Assembly (NCBI RefSeq): GCF_026210795.1
Contig: NC_089431.1
Coordinates: 4,278,001-4,342,000 of the forward strand
Reading direction: 5' to 3'
From: Rhizophagus irregularis
Taxonomy: Eukaryota
DNA: 64,000 nt
Shown here: positions 14,772 through 26,795 of the stretch, in pieces
Layout: every line of letters starts with the position of its first letter
Numbering within the stretch: the stretch's first letter is position 1
Made by a program: the position numbers and the translations under genes
Notes under the pieces: model-generated
What the model saw: only the letters and a program-made list of their open reading frames with translations
Databases searched by the model: none
What the model was told of the DNA's origin: nothing

Positions 14772-16438
14772 CTATTCTAATGAAAGCTTTAAAGCAATAT
14801 TTTTACCAGATCTACTTGGTACTTTACAATCCATTGTAATATTATCAAGTTCCTTAATAGCTTTGACATCGTATTTAGTATAATGTACTCTAAATGCCTC
14901 TCTAACGAATAAAACAAGTCGGTCCATAGTATCATATTTTTTAAGCTTAGCCTTGTTGGTGCCCTTTAGATATCTGTGTAGTATCTGCTCAACAACTTCG
15001 GAGGTCATGAATTCCTCAATTTCTGATCTTACTGGCATAGTTGTTTGTCCTTCCCTTATTCGTATGTCTTTGAATTCACGTACTTTTGTACCGATTTTTT
15101 TATTGAACTTGCTGCGGAAATCTGTTAGAACCCGTTTAGAATGGCAAATGACCTCTTCAGCATTATTACTATAGAGATCATAATTAAATATTGTTTTTAC
15201 AAGGCTTTCAATAGCTTCATCTGTAGGTGCTCTGCATCTGAGAAAAAGACATTTAATCTTCTCGTGCCAAAGTCGAGCAAGTGACTTTTCTTCGTCTGTT
15301 GGTATAACTGCAGTCGGCTTTGCCATCGGAAAGGTGGGCATATTATTTACAAGAGGTGAATCTAACGTTGTATTCATGGCATTTAACATCTGATTCGCCA
15401 TTACCAATATATCCGGTCTTTCCGTTATTAACCACTGACAAACTTCGAAAACATTTTTCATCCCCTTTAAAGCTTCGGGTTTGCCTAAAGGTGTATTTAT
15501 ATAAATTGTTAAAATTTAATATTCGTAATAAACAACTAGTAATTAAGAACATAATCACCTTTTTTTGAATCACGTGATGTTACGAGTTGTCAGGTTTTTC
15601 GTCTTTCGCCATAGTCCTCATCTGAACTTTTGGAAGATTCACCGCTATCTTCTATATTATCACCATCACCGTCACTTTCTGAGACTTCAAGTAAATCGGT
15701 GATGTTGTTCTGACATCGTTGGCGTTTATTTTTAGAACTTGTAGGTAAAACCCGTTTTTTATTTATCGATCGACTTGATTCTATTTCACGACTGTCTTCA
15801 TAAATCTTTGTGGAGTTATCAATGATTGCGCTACAATCTAATTTAAAAGGCTTGTCCTTGAGTTGCGGTTGTTCTGAAACACTAAAATCATCGGGTGCAT
15901 CATCATAGAGCGCTGATTCTGGTTCATCTTCAGAAATAGTAATAACATTAAGACTTGATTTCGATGATTGTGCTTCGTGTGCTTCACTACGACCTAATTA
16001 TGATATACATTAAACCAGTATTTGAAAAATTGCTAATAAAATAATAGTTAATTTCAAAAATTCATTGCCAGCTTCGGTTTCATGTTCTTGGATTTGAATA
16101 TCACGTTCAATTGCTCGTTTTTTGTTACTTCGAACACGATCACCTGGTTAAAATAGATGCAAATTAGAAAATGAGAGAAATCGCCAAAATAAGAAAAAAT
16201 ACGTATAAAATCGTTACCTGCATTGGAAGATTCAATAGACTGATTTTTACTTCCACGACCACGACCACGACCACGACCACGTCCACGACCTTGTCCACCG
16301 CCATCTTTCCTACCCCCTGATTATATTAAAATAAATAAAAAATTGCAATAATATTATAATATATCTAAAAAAATGCTTACTCGTAGCTTCCGTTTCATTT
16401 TGCACAGTATTTTTTTGAGATTTTCGCGATCTTGTCAT
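14772..16438 (-). pseudogene. Transposon accessory gene: RG-repeat N-terminus, acidic linker, helical C-terminal domain; one premature stop
   Basis: ATG 16438 (MTRSRKSQK), about 5 exons. Exon 2 encodes GQGRGRGRGRGRGRGRGS. Splice phases join to the 229-aa ORF 14772-15461. In-frame TGA at 15590-15592. Confidence 0.7.
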
Positions 16439-16819
16439 TTTTAAATTATAAATTTAAATAAATATTCGAAAGAAATTCTTAAAATAAAAAGTATTGTAGT
16501 CACGAAATTTGAAATATTTTTTTTTTTATTGATAGATAAAAATAAAGTTTATTAGTTATATGGGAAAAAATATAAAAAGCCTATTTAAGCTATAAGGAAA
16601 GGTCAAAAAGTTTATTTAAACGAATAATTTAAACTTTAGTATATTTAAGCTTATATAAAGAAAAGTCTAAAGTCTAAACTCTATATATCAATAAATAAGC
16701 TTTGACGTGCATATGTCAACAATTAAACTTTTATACATATAAATCTAACAATAAACTTCGATAATATATACAAGAAAGAATTTTCCAATTTTTTCATGAT
16801 ATGAATGATTAATAAAAAG

Positions 16820-17155
16820 CCTTCGCCCTTTTCACATTGATTGATTCTTCGCCCTACGCTCCTATTGTACTAACACTGATTAATTACTTCGCCTTTTTAC
16901 CCTTGCGTAATGCTGATTAATTACTTCTCCTTTTCGCCATTGCACTCCTATTGTAACACTGATTAATTACTTCGCCTTTTGCCATTCACTCCTATTGTGA
17001 CACTGATTAATTACTTCGCCTTTTCGCCCTTGCGCTTCTATTGTAACACTGATTGATTAAAATAAAGAGTTCGCCCTTACGCTATGCCCACTTTTACGCT
17101 TTTATTGTAATAGCACTGTTTTACTGATTGATTAAATAAGGCCTTCTCCCTTACG
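16820..17155. repeat. Imperfect ~44-bp tandem array between the divergent transposon genes
   Basis: About 6 copies of the core (aaca)ctgattaattacttcgcctttt, at about 16872, 16911, 16955, 16999, 17045 and 17122. Confidence 0.8.
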
Positions 17156-17689
17156 CAATTATATATGTATGAATTAAAATATTATTAATCAAAATTAGAA
17201 AAGTTTCATATCTTTTTATGAAATCGAAAAAAAACATTCTTTTTATTTTATTTTATTTTTATTTAAATTCACTATCAAATGTAAAAATTATCAAGACTAT
17301 CTTTATTGAATCAAAAATAACGAAAGTTTTCTTCGAACATACATATATATATTATAACGATAGTTAACTATAAACTATTTAACGTTGTATATAGCGAAAC
17401 CTCATATAATTACTTCTTTTTTAAACTTTGTATAATTGAAAATGCGTAAAAGTCGTCTTTCAATAACTAAGCCATTCTCTTTGCGCGAAAGTATAAACTT
17501 TTCCGGACGTAATATTCTTCAAAGACATAGACATCTTGGTTCGTGTAAGTGTCCAAGTTTAGTCAATATTATCTGCAAATTATGGCTAAAATTATGTTTT
17601 ACAAATTCTGACCAACATTATGATTCTGATAATATTATTCTATTATGCTTATTATACTTCTAATGTTTTTTATACTGGTTTTTAATGCA

Positions 17690-20600
17690 GATAATAAGGA
17701 AGGTAGTGAAGCTGAATTGCAAGATAAAATGGAGGTTGAAAGTGATAATTACCACAATGATGATGATGTTAGCATCGAAGAAGACAATGATCACTACAGC
17801 GAACACTACAGCGAAGCCGATAACTACATTGGCGAAGAAGACAATGATAACTATAGTGAGGAAGCTGATGACTATAGTGAGAAAACTGATGACTATGGTG
17901 AGGAAACTGATGATAACTATATTGAAGAAGAGGATGATAACTATGGTGAAGAAGATGATAACAATAACGAAAACGTTTATTACGATGATAGCGATAATAT
18001 TATTGATAATAACGATAATGTAAGTAGTAATCTTTTACTAGGATTTGAAGTTGTGGGCGGCTCAATAAGTTCAATTCCGTTCTTACGAAATGAACTATTA
18101 TTAAACTTTCCATCTCTAGTTATTGTAACTGATGCTGTTAGTAATTTATAATAATATTGACCCTTTTCTATTTGTAAAAAAGTATGAAGAAAAAATAGTC
18201 GATTCATCAATAGACAGTGACCAAATGTCGAAAATAAATGGAAGTTTTGCACCCTACTTTGAAAATTTGACTTCTGCATTGTTGTTTTGTTGGGTGCAAA
18301 AACACAATATCTGTAAGTTTATTTAAATTTGCTATAACGAACGTTATTTAACGATCTACTCTAAAATAAATTTACATCAATTTATAGCAACAAACGCGTA
18401 TAATGATTTGGTAGAAATATTACAACATCAAAAGTTTGAAGTAAAAGACGTTGTAAAGAATATAAGAAGGTTTCGGCAATGGAGAAATCAGTTACCATTG
18501 ATGCCAATAAGAACACGCTCCATTAAAATAAATCCAAAGAAAACGCCGTCTACTTCTAAAGGAACAAAGCTTTGTTACTATTTATCGATCCGTGATATCA
18601 TTCAGAATATATTAAATAATCCGTCACTATACGACAAGTTATACTTCGGACCGGGTGTAGAAGCTGAAGAAAAAAAGGAATATTGGCATGGAGACCTCTG
18701 GGCTGAATCACCATTGTTTGGCCAAGAAAAAATAACTATCAATAGAGGTACTTTTGATTTACTTGATTTATTGCTATTATTAATGTTGTTAACATTGTAG
18801 TTCATCTTATATTTCTTTGTACTTAGAAATTTATTGTCCAAACGAATTTATTATATATAAAGAAAATGGCAAACGAAGATTTGGACAAATACGATCGATA
18901 GTATCCATTAATGACGAACTTCGGATAAAAATACAACGGATTTGTACTTATTATGAATTACCAAATAATTTTCATAGTAATGTTCGATCTATTACAAGTG
19001 AATCACAATTGTGGCTGATAGATCAGCATTTGGAAGAGGGTAGTATTATCGCAAATACCTATGAGATCATTGAAAAAGTTGATATTACAATTGTTCGTGG
19101 TTCAACTATTATCGCTAACGGCCTTTTTATTAAAGAAATATTATACAAAAATAATGGCCATTGGAAATTACGGGATGTAGCATTAGATTATATGCATCCA
19201 TGCGAGTATTCTGCTCTAAATTCACCACCATCACCGTATAACAATCTCCGAATTTTAAAGATATTTATTGATATCTATTATGACGATTTTGGAATGTACA
19301 GGAACACTTATCATTCATTAGGAGGAGTTTATATTCAGCTGGGGAATATGCCATTTGAAATGAGAAAACATCTTCGTAATCATTTCATCTTGGGCTTTGT
19401 TCCTTTTGGCGGTTGCTTCGAAGATTTCATTCGTCCTTTTATTAAAGATATGAAACAATTGGAAGAAGGAATTTTGATGAATGTCCAAGGAAGGGATTGT
19501 TGGATCGTAGCCGGTCTTGGATGCGTAACCACAGATCTTCCTCAAGGCAATGACCTAACCGGTGTAAAACGACATGGTGCAATAAGGGGATGTAGAACAT
19601 GCCTTGCAAAAGAAAATGCAACAGACACTACATTGGATATCGCTAGTATTTCCCGTTATCATCACATCACTAACATCCAATTCAAAAATATTTTCACAGC
19701 CACAACTCTAGAAAACCGAAATAATATTGCAAAGGAATATGGTTTGCGAACCAGTTTGCCAATTCTTGATCAGCTTCAACGGGAACGTCACCTTCAGTCA
19801 CCGCAGGATATTTACCATATAATAGCTGGCAAGACGTTAAAACTACTTAAATTAACGACCGCTATGCTATCTCTAGAAGGTGAACTAATTTTTATTGAAG
19901 AATGGAAATCATTTGAATACCCCAAACAATGGTCAAAGCTTCTGAACCCTATTAGTCATCTCGAAAGCTTTATGATGTCGGACCGTGTTCGATTGGAAAT
20001 GGTAATGCCATTTATATTGAATAGATCATTGACTATTAATAGTTTGAAGCAACAAGAAATGGACAAATTACAGAGACGAACAAAACTGAATCACAATCAA
20101 GTGATTAATACAATCGTTAAATGCTGGGCAATTGTAGCAAAGTGCTCTCGGTTAGCATTTAAATTTTCATTAACAATTGATGACTATATAGAACTTGAAA
20201 GGTATTTGAAAAAAGAACGAGAAGCTTTGGTTGAGGTAAAGTACAGTTTATATTAATTAATTATATTGATATCGTCAAATTTCAAACGAAATTATCAGCC
20301 CAAAGTGAGACCACAGAAGTGACTGTGTTGTAAATCTCAAGAGTTGTATCAGGGTTTCGAACTAAAAAATAACTTTTTTTGCGTTTGATTTCATTCTACT
20401 AACTAAATTATACCAAATGCAGTTATTTGATGACTTCGTGGGCCTCCCTAACCTTCACGCCAGTTGTCATTTATTGCGGCATGCAAGAACTTTTGGGACT
20501 CTTGTAAATACCACGGTTGGAACGAAGGAGATGGTCCATCGTATCTTAAAAAATAAAGTCCCGCATACCAATTGCAAGAACATTGAATTTGACTTAGTAA

Positions 20601-21382
20601 AACATTATACGACTTTGCAAGCCATTCAGCATCTTGCAGATGGTAGAATCGACCCTCGAAACTTACGACATAGCGTTGAATTCATAAATATATCTCAAGA
20701 CTTTAGTCACTTATTCAGAGATTGGTTTATTATAGAAAGTTCAGAGGCAGATAACGAGAAATTAGAAGGTAATAACATATTTATTATAAATAGTTAAAAT
20801 GATTACTTGCTAACATTTTTAATAGTTTGTTCACAGTCTAGTCAGTTTCGTAATATAATTCTAAGAAAGCCAGTGTCAGTTCGCAACACAAATATTAGAA
20901 TCGATACAGTATCATTTAGAACTGACCTAGTTCTTGCATACGAAAGTTTCAGATACCACGCATCACTAATCAACAAGAAATGTAATTTTTATGAAGGCGC
21001 CTCTTATATTCAAGATATACATAATACCGAGAATCGGTGCCATTTGAACACAGGTGATATAGTAACGATCCAAGTGGCCGATTATGGCGAAAGTTTCGCA
21101 GTCATAAGAGCTATCTTCAAACACAAGAGCAATGACGGATATTTGTATCCGTTCATTTATGTCGATTGGTTCGAAGATACTCACAAAATTCATGACAAAT
21201 TGGGTTGTCCGATCTATATTCTTCGGCATGACGATTTTTATCACAATATTTTTCCGTTAACGGTCGTAGAAAATGTTCAAAAGGTGCATTTTGTACACGA
21301 TTGTAATTCGAGATGCAAGGATAATCATAATTTGGAAAATAAGTGTTATTTAAGAAATGATTTCTTTTTTAAAGCTATTTAA
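17690..21382 (+). CDS. CACTA/CMC-family (Plavaka-like) transposase, multi-exon, probable frameshift near 18146
   Basis: Acidic N-terminus; EYWHGDLW; IDIYYDDFG...SLGGVYIQLGNMP; TTDLPQGNDLTG...GCRTC; QDIYHIIAG; PNLH; EMVH; C-terminal GDIVTI...FAVIRAIF...VDWF beta-rich (BAH-like) segment. GT-AG introns join the track ORFs. True start not located. Confidence 0.75.
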
Positions 21383-23344
21383 ATATACTCATGTAATATA
21401 ATATATTTTTTTTTGTTCATTTCATTTCTATCATTTCTTTAATACACTAATTTACTTTTCTTATCTTTTCTTACTTCAGGTAGCATCCTTTTAAAGGTAA
21501 AAGAAATACGTCCTCTTATTCTTTCTTATTTTATTTATTTCCGTTTTATGAATCTCCCTTGATCGTCGGTTGGAATCTTCACAAAATTCAGATTCGTTTG
21601 AAAAGTCAAAGTATTCGAAACAAACAAAGAAACCAATTAACAAAAATTTTATCTGATTAATTACTGTAATAATAATCCAATGATTTCTCTTTATTAATTT
21701 AGATTTATTTCGATTTATTTTACTTTCAGTGATCGTTATTAACGTTTCACTTCTCATTTTGTAAATTTTTTTTTTTTTAACGACCAGAGCCCGCTAGGCC
21801 ACTTACAAGATTTGGAAATATAAAATGAGACAAAAAAAACATATAAAAAAATAGGAATATAAGGAAACAAACTGTAAATTTACATTTGAGACCAGAATCT
21901 TTTTTCTCAAAACTGAACTTCGGTACGTAAATTAAATTACCTGAATCCTACAAATACTTATCTCCTTTCGCAAACTTATGAAACTTACATCTATTATTAG
22001 TTTTTCCTGGACTTCAATTCGTCCTTTTCTCTTTCCGTCTTCATCGCGCTTCAACCGTGCTTCGGAGTCATTGTTGAGTTTGTTGAATTCAATGACATAA
22101 TTCGAATGTTATCCCTTGAAAACGGAATAATATTTTCTTACTTTTTTCATACGCTATTGTATGTTCTTCCATCAACAATTCCGTTATTCTATCTCTATTA
22201 CATTGACACCTCGGTAAAAACGTTCACCTTCACCAAATTTCACCATTTTGTACGATATTGCAGAATAAATCACCATATCTAGTGGTACTCCGTAGATTCT
22301 GTGTCGGCAAACCTCGTTAATAATATCCACTACTTCTTCCAGCATCAGAGACTTTGGCATGGCTGGGTCCATCTTCATTGGTGATGTGATTGGCGTGATT
22401 GGCGGAAAAATAGTCCTAGAGCTAACTTCTGCTGAACTTGACGTTGCCCTCAGATCCATAGTTTTTATCCTCCTCTTTTGTTTTTCTCTCTTTATCTTGT
22501 GTATATAGGGTTAGATTGTATGATGGAAGTCTACGGTGAAAGACAGGACAGAACGTGACCGGTAGCAACTAATACGAACATTAACTCCAGAAAAAGAATA
22601 AGGTGGCATTGTGAAATGGAATGGATGCAGGGATAGAAAGGAAATACACATCGATTTCACAAAGATAATCAAATTCGGAAAAGAATGGAAGATGATATCA
22701 TATTTCCGCAAGTATTAGAGAATTACGTTAAGAGGCTTGAGAACATTTCGTACGTTCAAGGAGATCTATAAAGCTCCACAATTTCCGTCACATAAGAAAG
22801 ATCCATTCGTAAACTTTTATCGTAATCTTCTGAAAATGTGATCGTTGCATGAATCGTTTGGTATATACGTTGTTTGCGGGATGAAACTTTATGTACTACT
22901 CCTAACTTCTCTACTATTTCTTCGTACACAATGTCGTAGAAAATGCATCACATGCAAACTGATCGGCAATCCGGGTTCCTCAATCACACAGTCCCGGCAC
23001 GGTTCGATTTATTATTTGGTATGGCGTTATTTTTCACCCATGATAAATTTTTCTAACATTAAGACAACTATATTGAGAGTACATATATCACCGCTAACAT
23101 CTATCTCCTAAACACCTCATATTTGCCATTCATTACTAATCCACTCACTATTAACTTCAACTAGTGCATCAGATCTTCCTACGATCAGTACCGTTTGATG
23201 AAAGGGTAGGTCATCTCCGTCAGCCGGCTAGGATATCATCCTTTATTTCCCGGGTCTCGTTTATAGAACTTAGCGCGATTAAGGTCATTTTTGCTGTGCC
23301 ATATTTGACGATTTTTTGGGACTTATGTATACAGAGGACGCACA

Positions 23345-23520
23345 TTTACTATGAATTTACTATATATTTATTATGTATTTACTATGAATTTACTGTATAT
23401 TTATTTTGTATTTACTATGAATTTATTATGTATCTACTATGAATTTACTATATGTTTACTGCAATTTGCTACATATTTATTATAAAGTTAATACAAATTT
23501 TCTATAAATTTACTACACGT
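23345..23520. repeat. Right subterminal tandem repeat of the 12.8-kb element
   Basis: Repeated atttactatg(a/t)-like ~11-bp units. Confidence 0.7.
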
Positions 23521-23759
23521 TTAATGCAAATCATACATACGATTACTTTAAATCATTTATACAGATTCTTGCTAACATTTATATAGTTTCTTTGTATTAG
23601 CAATACTATTTCTATACTACGACTATAATTTACTATATATTTTCTATATTAAATACATACAATTGCGTTAGAATTAACATAGAGTAGCCGTACGCCTACT
23701 ACATTAAGTGGCGGCAGCATGGCTACTACATAGCCACGATTTCATGGGTTTCTGTAAAG

Positions 23760-24143
23760 TTCTATAAATAGCACCTGGATTATTTGTTGTTATAGGTCCA
23801 ATATCTGATGATTCTATAATTTTAGTTGGATATTTATTAACATAACTTTTCCTTTCATTTTCACACATTTTTTTAATTCTAGTATATACATCAGTAGCTG
23901 TTGATCTTTTATCTGGATCAGAATTCCAGCATTCTTTCATCAATTCAATAAATCCTTCGGGTGCATTTGTGACAATTGGTGGTCATAAACCATCACTTAT
24001 ATCAATAATAAGCTCTGTATCATGATTTTGATCCCAAAAAGGTCTTCTACCTGTCATAAACTCCCACATAATCATTCCAAAACTATATATATCTGAAGCT
24101 TTAATATATTTTTTTCCTTGAAAAATCTCTGGTGCCATATAAG
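23760..24143 (-). pseudogene. Tyrosine-kinase-like protein kinase fragment (subdomains VIII-XI)
   Basis: YMAPE, SDIYSFGMIMWE, GRRPF, DGL*PPIV, LMKECWNSDPDKR, GPITTNNPGAIYR. In-frame TGA at 23983-85. The 5' part is missing beyond 24143. Confidence 0.92.
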
Positions 24144-25016
24144 AAGGTTGTAATGATGACTTTTTGATGAACAATTAAACAATTGGACAATTGAACTATT
24201 GGACTTTGATAAAGTCCAAATCCAAATTTTATTGGATAAATTGTCACTTTTATATTATCATATATAACAATTTATTTCGAAGATTTAGAAGAATCAAAAA
24301 TAATTACTATTTACAAAAATTATTAAGCTTGAAATAAAATTGTTGGATTAATAATATTAATGAATTAACTCAAAAGTACTGGGACTATAAGAGTCTAATT
24401 GGACTTGGAATGGACTATCTCCAATTAGTCCAAGTCCAATAGTCCAAATTTTTTCAATTGGACTCCCATAACTGGTTTAACTCAAGTGGTAAATGGAACT
24501 GTAATTTAATGCAACAGATGATAAAAGGACAAATAAAAAAGATATAAATTATAATTTTGATCGTTTAAATAATTCAATATGTTGAGAACAAACGTTATTA
24601 GAGCATTCCCCATAAAAAAGAAACTTCCTATAATGTCTGGCAAGCGCCGGACGTACGGAATACATGACAACTTTTTTTTTTAAGAAAAAAGAAAAAATTT
24701 TTTTTGTGGACTATTTAAATTAACTGAGTTGTAAATATTTTTCTCTTGTAACAATTGATGAATAGGCGCAAATACGAATTTTTCCAAAAAAAAGTTCATT
24801 ATATCGGGCGTTTACTGTTAATAAAGATTAGATAAAATAATATTATTTAAATTGTTATTACATGAATAGAAATGAGACAAGAACACACATGCCTGTGAGG
24901 TTTTTCAAGAGTGGATTAACCGCTAAAGGAATGTGGCTTTGATATTCAAATGAATCATGACATCAGCAGATCATTTTCGTTTTAAATAATTGTACAAATC
25001 TAATCTCATATCTGAA
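24144..25016 (+). repeat. Dispersed direct repeat, copy 2
   Basis: Matches 6740-7656 and abuts the truncated kinase immediately before YMAPE. Confidence 0.93.
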
Positions 25017-26795
25017 AAATAATATTTAAAGCGGCAGTGTTCTACAAAAGGTAGATGTAAATAATGTGTGAGTAAAATTGGTCGTCGAATCACTTGAGAT
25101 TTTGATAGGAGTTCTAACTTGCCCAATATTCTCCTATACGTAGACTATAAACTAATTAAAATTTATTTATTATTTATTATTAGGCTGCTATTGCTGTGGA
25201 AATACTGGAAAAACGCATGGAGATAGTTGTCACTGTATCGTGAGGTTTGGTGAAGGCGCCATAAGAAATAAAGAAGCTTGCGGAAAAATGCGGAAAATGC
25301 TACGCTCATTGCAATTGTGGTAAGTAATAATTCTCAAATTTCTCACATTTTATAAGTCATTGTTATTATCATCAAAATCTCGGAAGTGGTTCAAATGACC
25401 TGAATTATGGCACATTTACATTTTTTAAAAAAAAACTATTATAACGTGTTACGGTAACGTAATTTTACTTTGACCTACTATCATCATTAATACTTATTGT
25501 TCAATACTAACTTGGTTATTAAAATCTTGAGACACTTTTACTTACGCCAAAATAAATATTGTCTGATTCAGTGATTATACTTTTTTTTATATAACAACAG
25601 ATAGAAAAAATTTTATGAATAAAAATATATGATTAATATAAAATTTTCCCCACCGAATTTAAAATCTTATAGAATTTATGAAATTTATAAATTATTATAT
25701 TTTCTATAAATAAAAGGAACATGACGATGTGTAAATCTATTAAAGAATAAAAAAAAGATTGGATAAACTATTTTAGATTCTTTAAATAAGTTAATAATAT
25801 CTTTAATTTTTTCACATTTAATTATTACGGTTTTCAAATTAGTGGATACGAATAAAATAAAAAATGAAATTTTATAATCTCGTGCCTCGTGGAAATAAGA
25901 AAATTCTCTTGTATTTTTTTTTCTTTTTTTGGACGGAAGAGGTACAATTACCACTATCACCTAAAAATCTAATTTTGGGATGAAAAACTCGTTTTCTTTA
26001 TTTAAATAAAGAATATTTACGTTACATAATATTTATGATATTTCAAAAAAAAAAAAATTACGAACTTGTCAAAGAATTGATTGGCTACTAAAAATCAATT
26101 TTAATGATTTTAATGTCTGAAATTTTTTTTATTAATTCCATATTGATTATTTTGTTCAAAAAGATTTTACTCGATATATTCAAAAAATTTCTTTATTTAT
26201 CGATACTGATTATGGGCAAAGGATGATAATACCAAATTTTATGTCATATTATTTTCAATTTGTATTATTAGTAATACTATATTTAACATTATAAAACTTA
26301 TTAGTTATTACTGCACTTAATCTCATAAATATCTTGTACATGTGACAATTATCTTTTTTTATACCGTCTGTGATTTTCATTATTTAATTCTTCATTTAAC
26401 ATATCATTCGAGGATTTAAAATTATTGTATTGTATCAGACAATGCAATTATTATTAATACTTTATCAATTACAAAAAAATTATGAAGGAAATAAAAAAAA
26501 TTATTGGCGTAACAATACGTTATACGTGTGATAAACGATAAATGTTATTCGAGATTTTATCAAGCTCTGCTAATTGGGCAAGAAATTTCTCATTCTAGCC
26601 TTCATTCCACTTTTATTTATACGATAAATATATATTCTTTGTTACACACGAATTACACGAGATTTTAACCATATTTATTTGAGTCCATAATTTAGTATAT
26701 AATATTATGTTGCACACTTTCAGAGAATACAATGGCGAACATTTACGCATTTGGATTAATACTTTTCTTTTCGCTAACGTTAAAATTTATAAAAA

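Larger units (their letters stand above)
10938..23759. mobile_element. ~12.8-kb CACTA/CMC (Plavaka-like) DNA transposon inserted in a kinase gene
   Basis: Ends ctttgctgaaacc / ggtttctgtaaag form an 11/13 inverted match. TT on both flanks (10936-37, 23760-61). The empty site restores the kinase frame. CMC-type transposase inside; low-complexity repeats near both ends. Confidence 0.8.

Noticed and set aside
16820..17155. CRISPR-like repeat array
   Set aside because: The intervening sequences are short and similar to each other, there are no cas genes, and the context is eukaryotic.
6740..25016. The direct repeats as LTRs
   Set aside because: No TG...CA boundaries, TSD or PBS/PPT, and no gag-pol between them.
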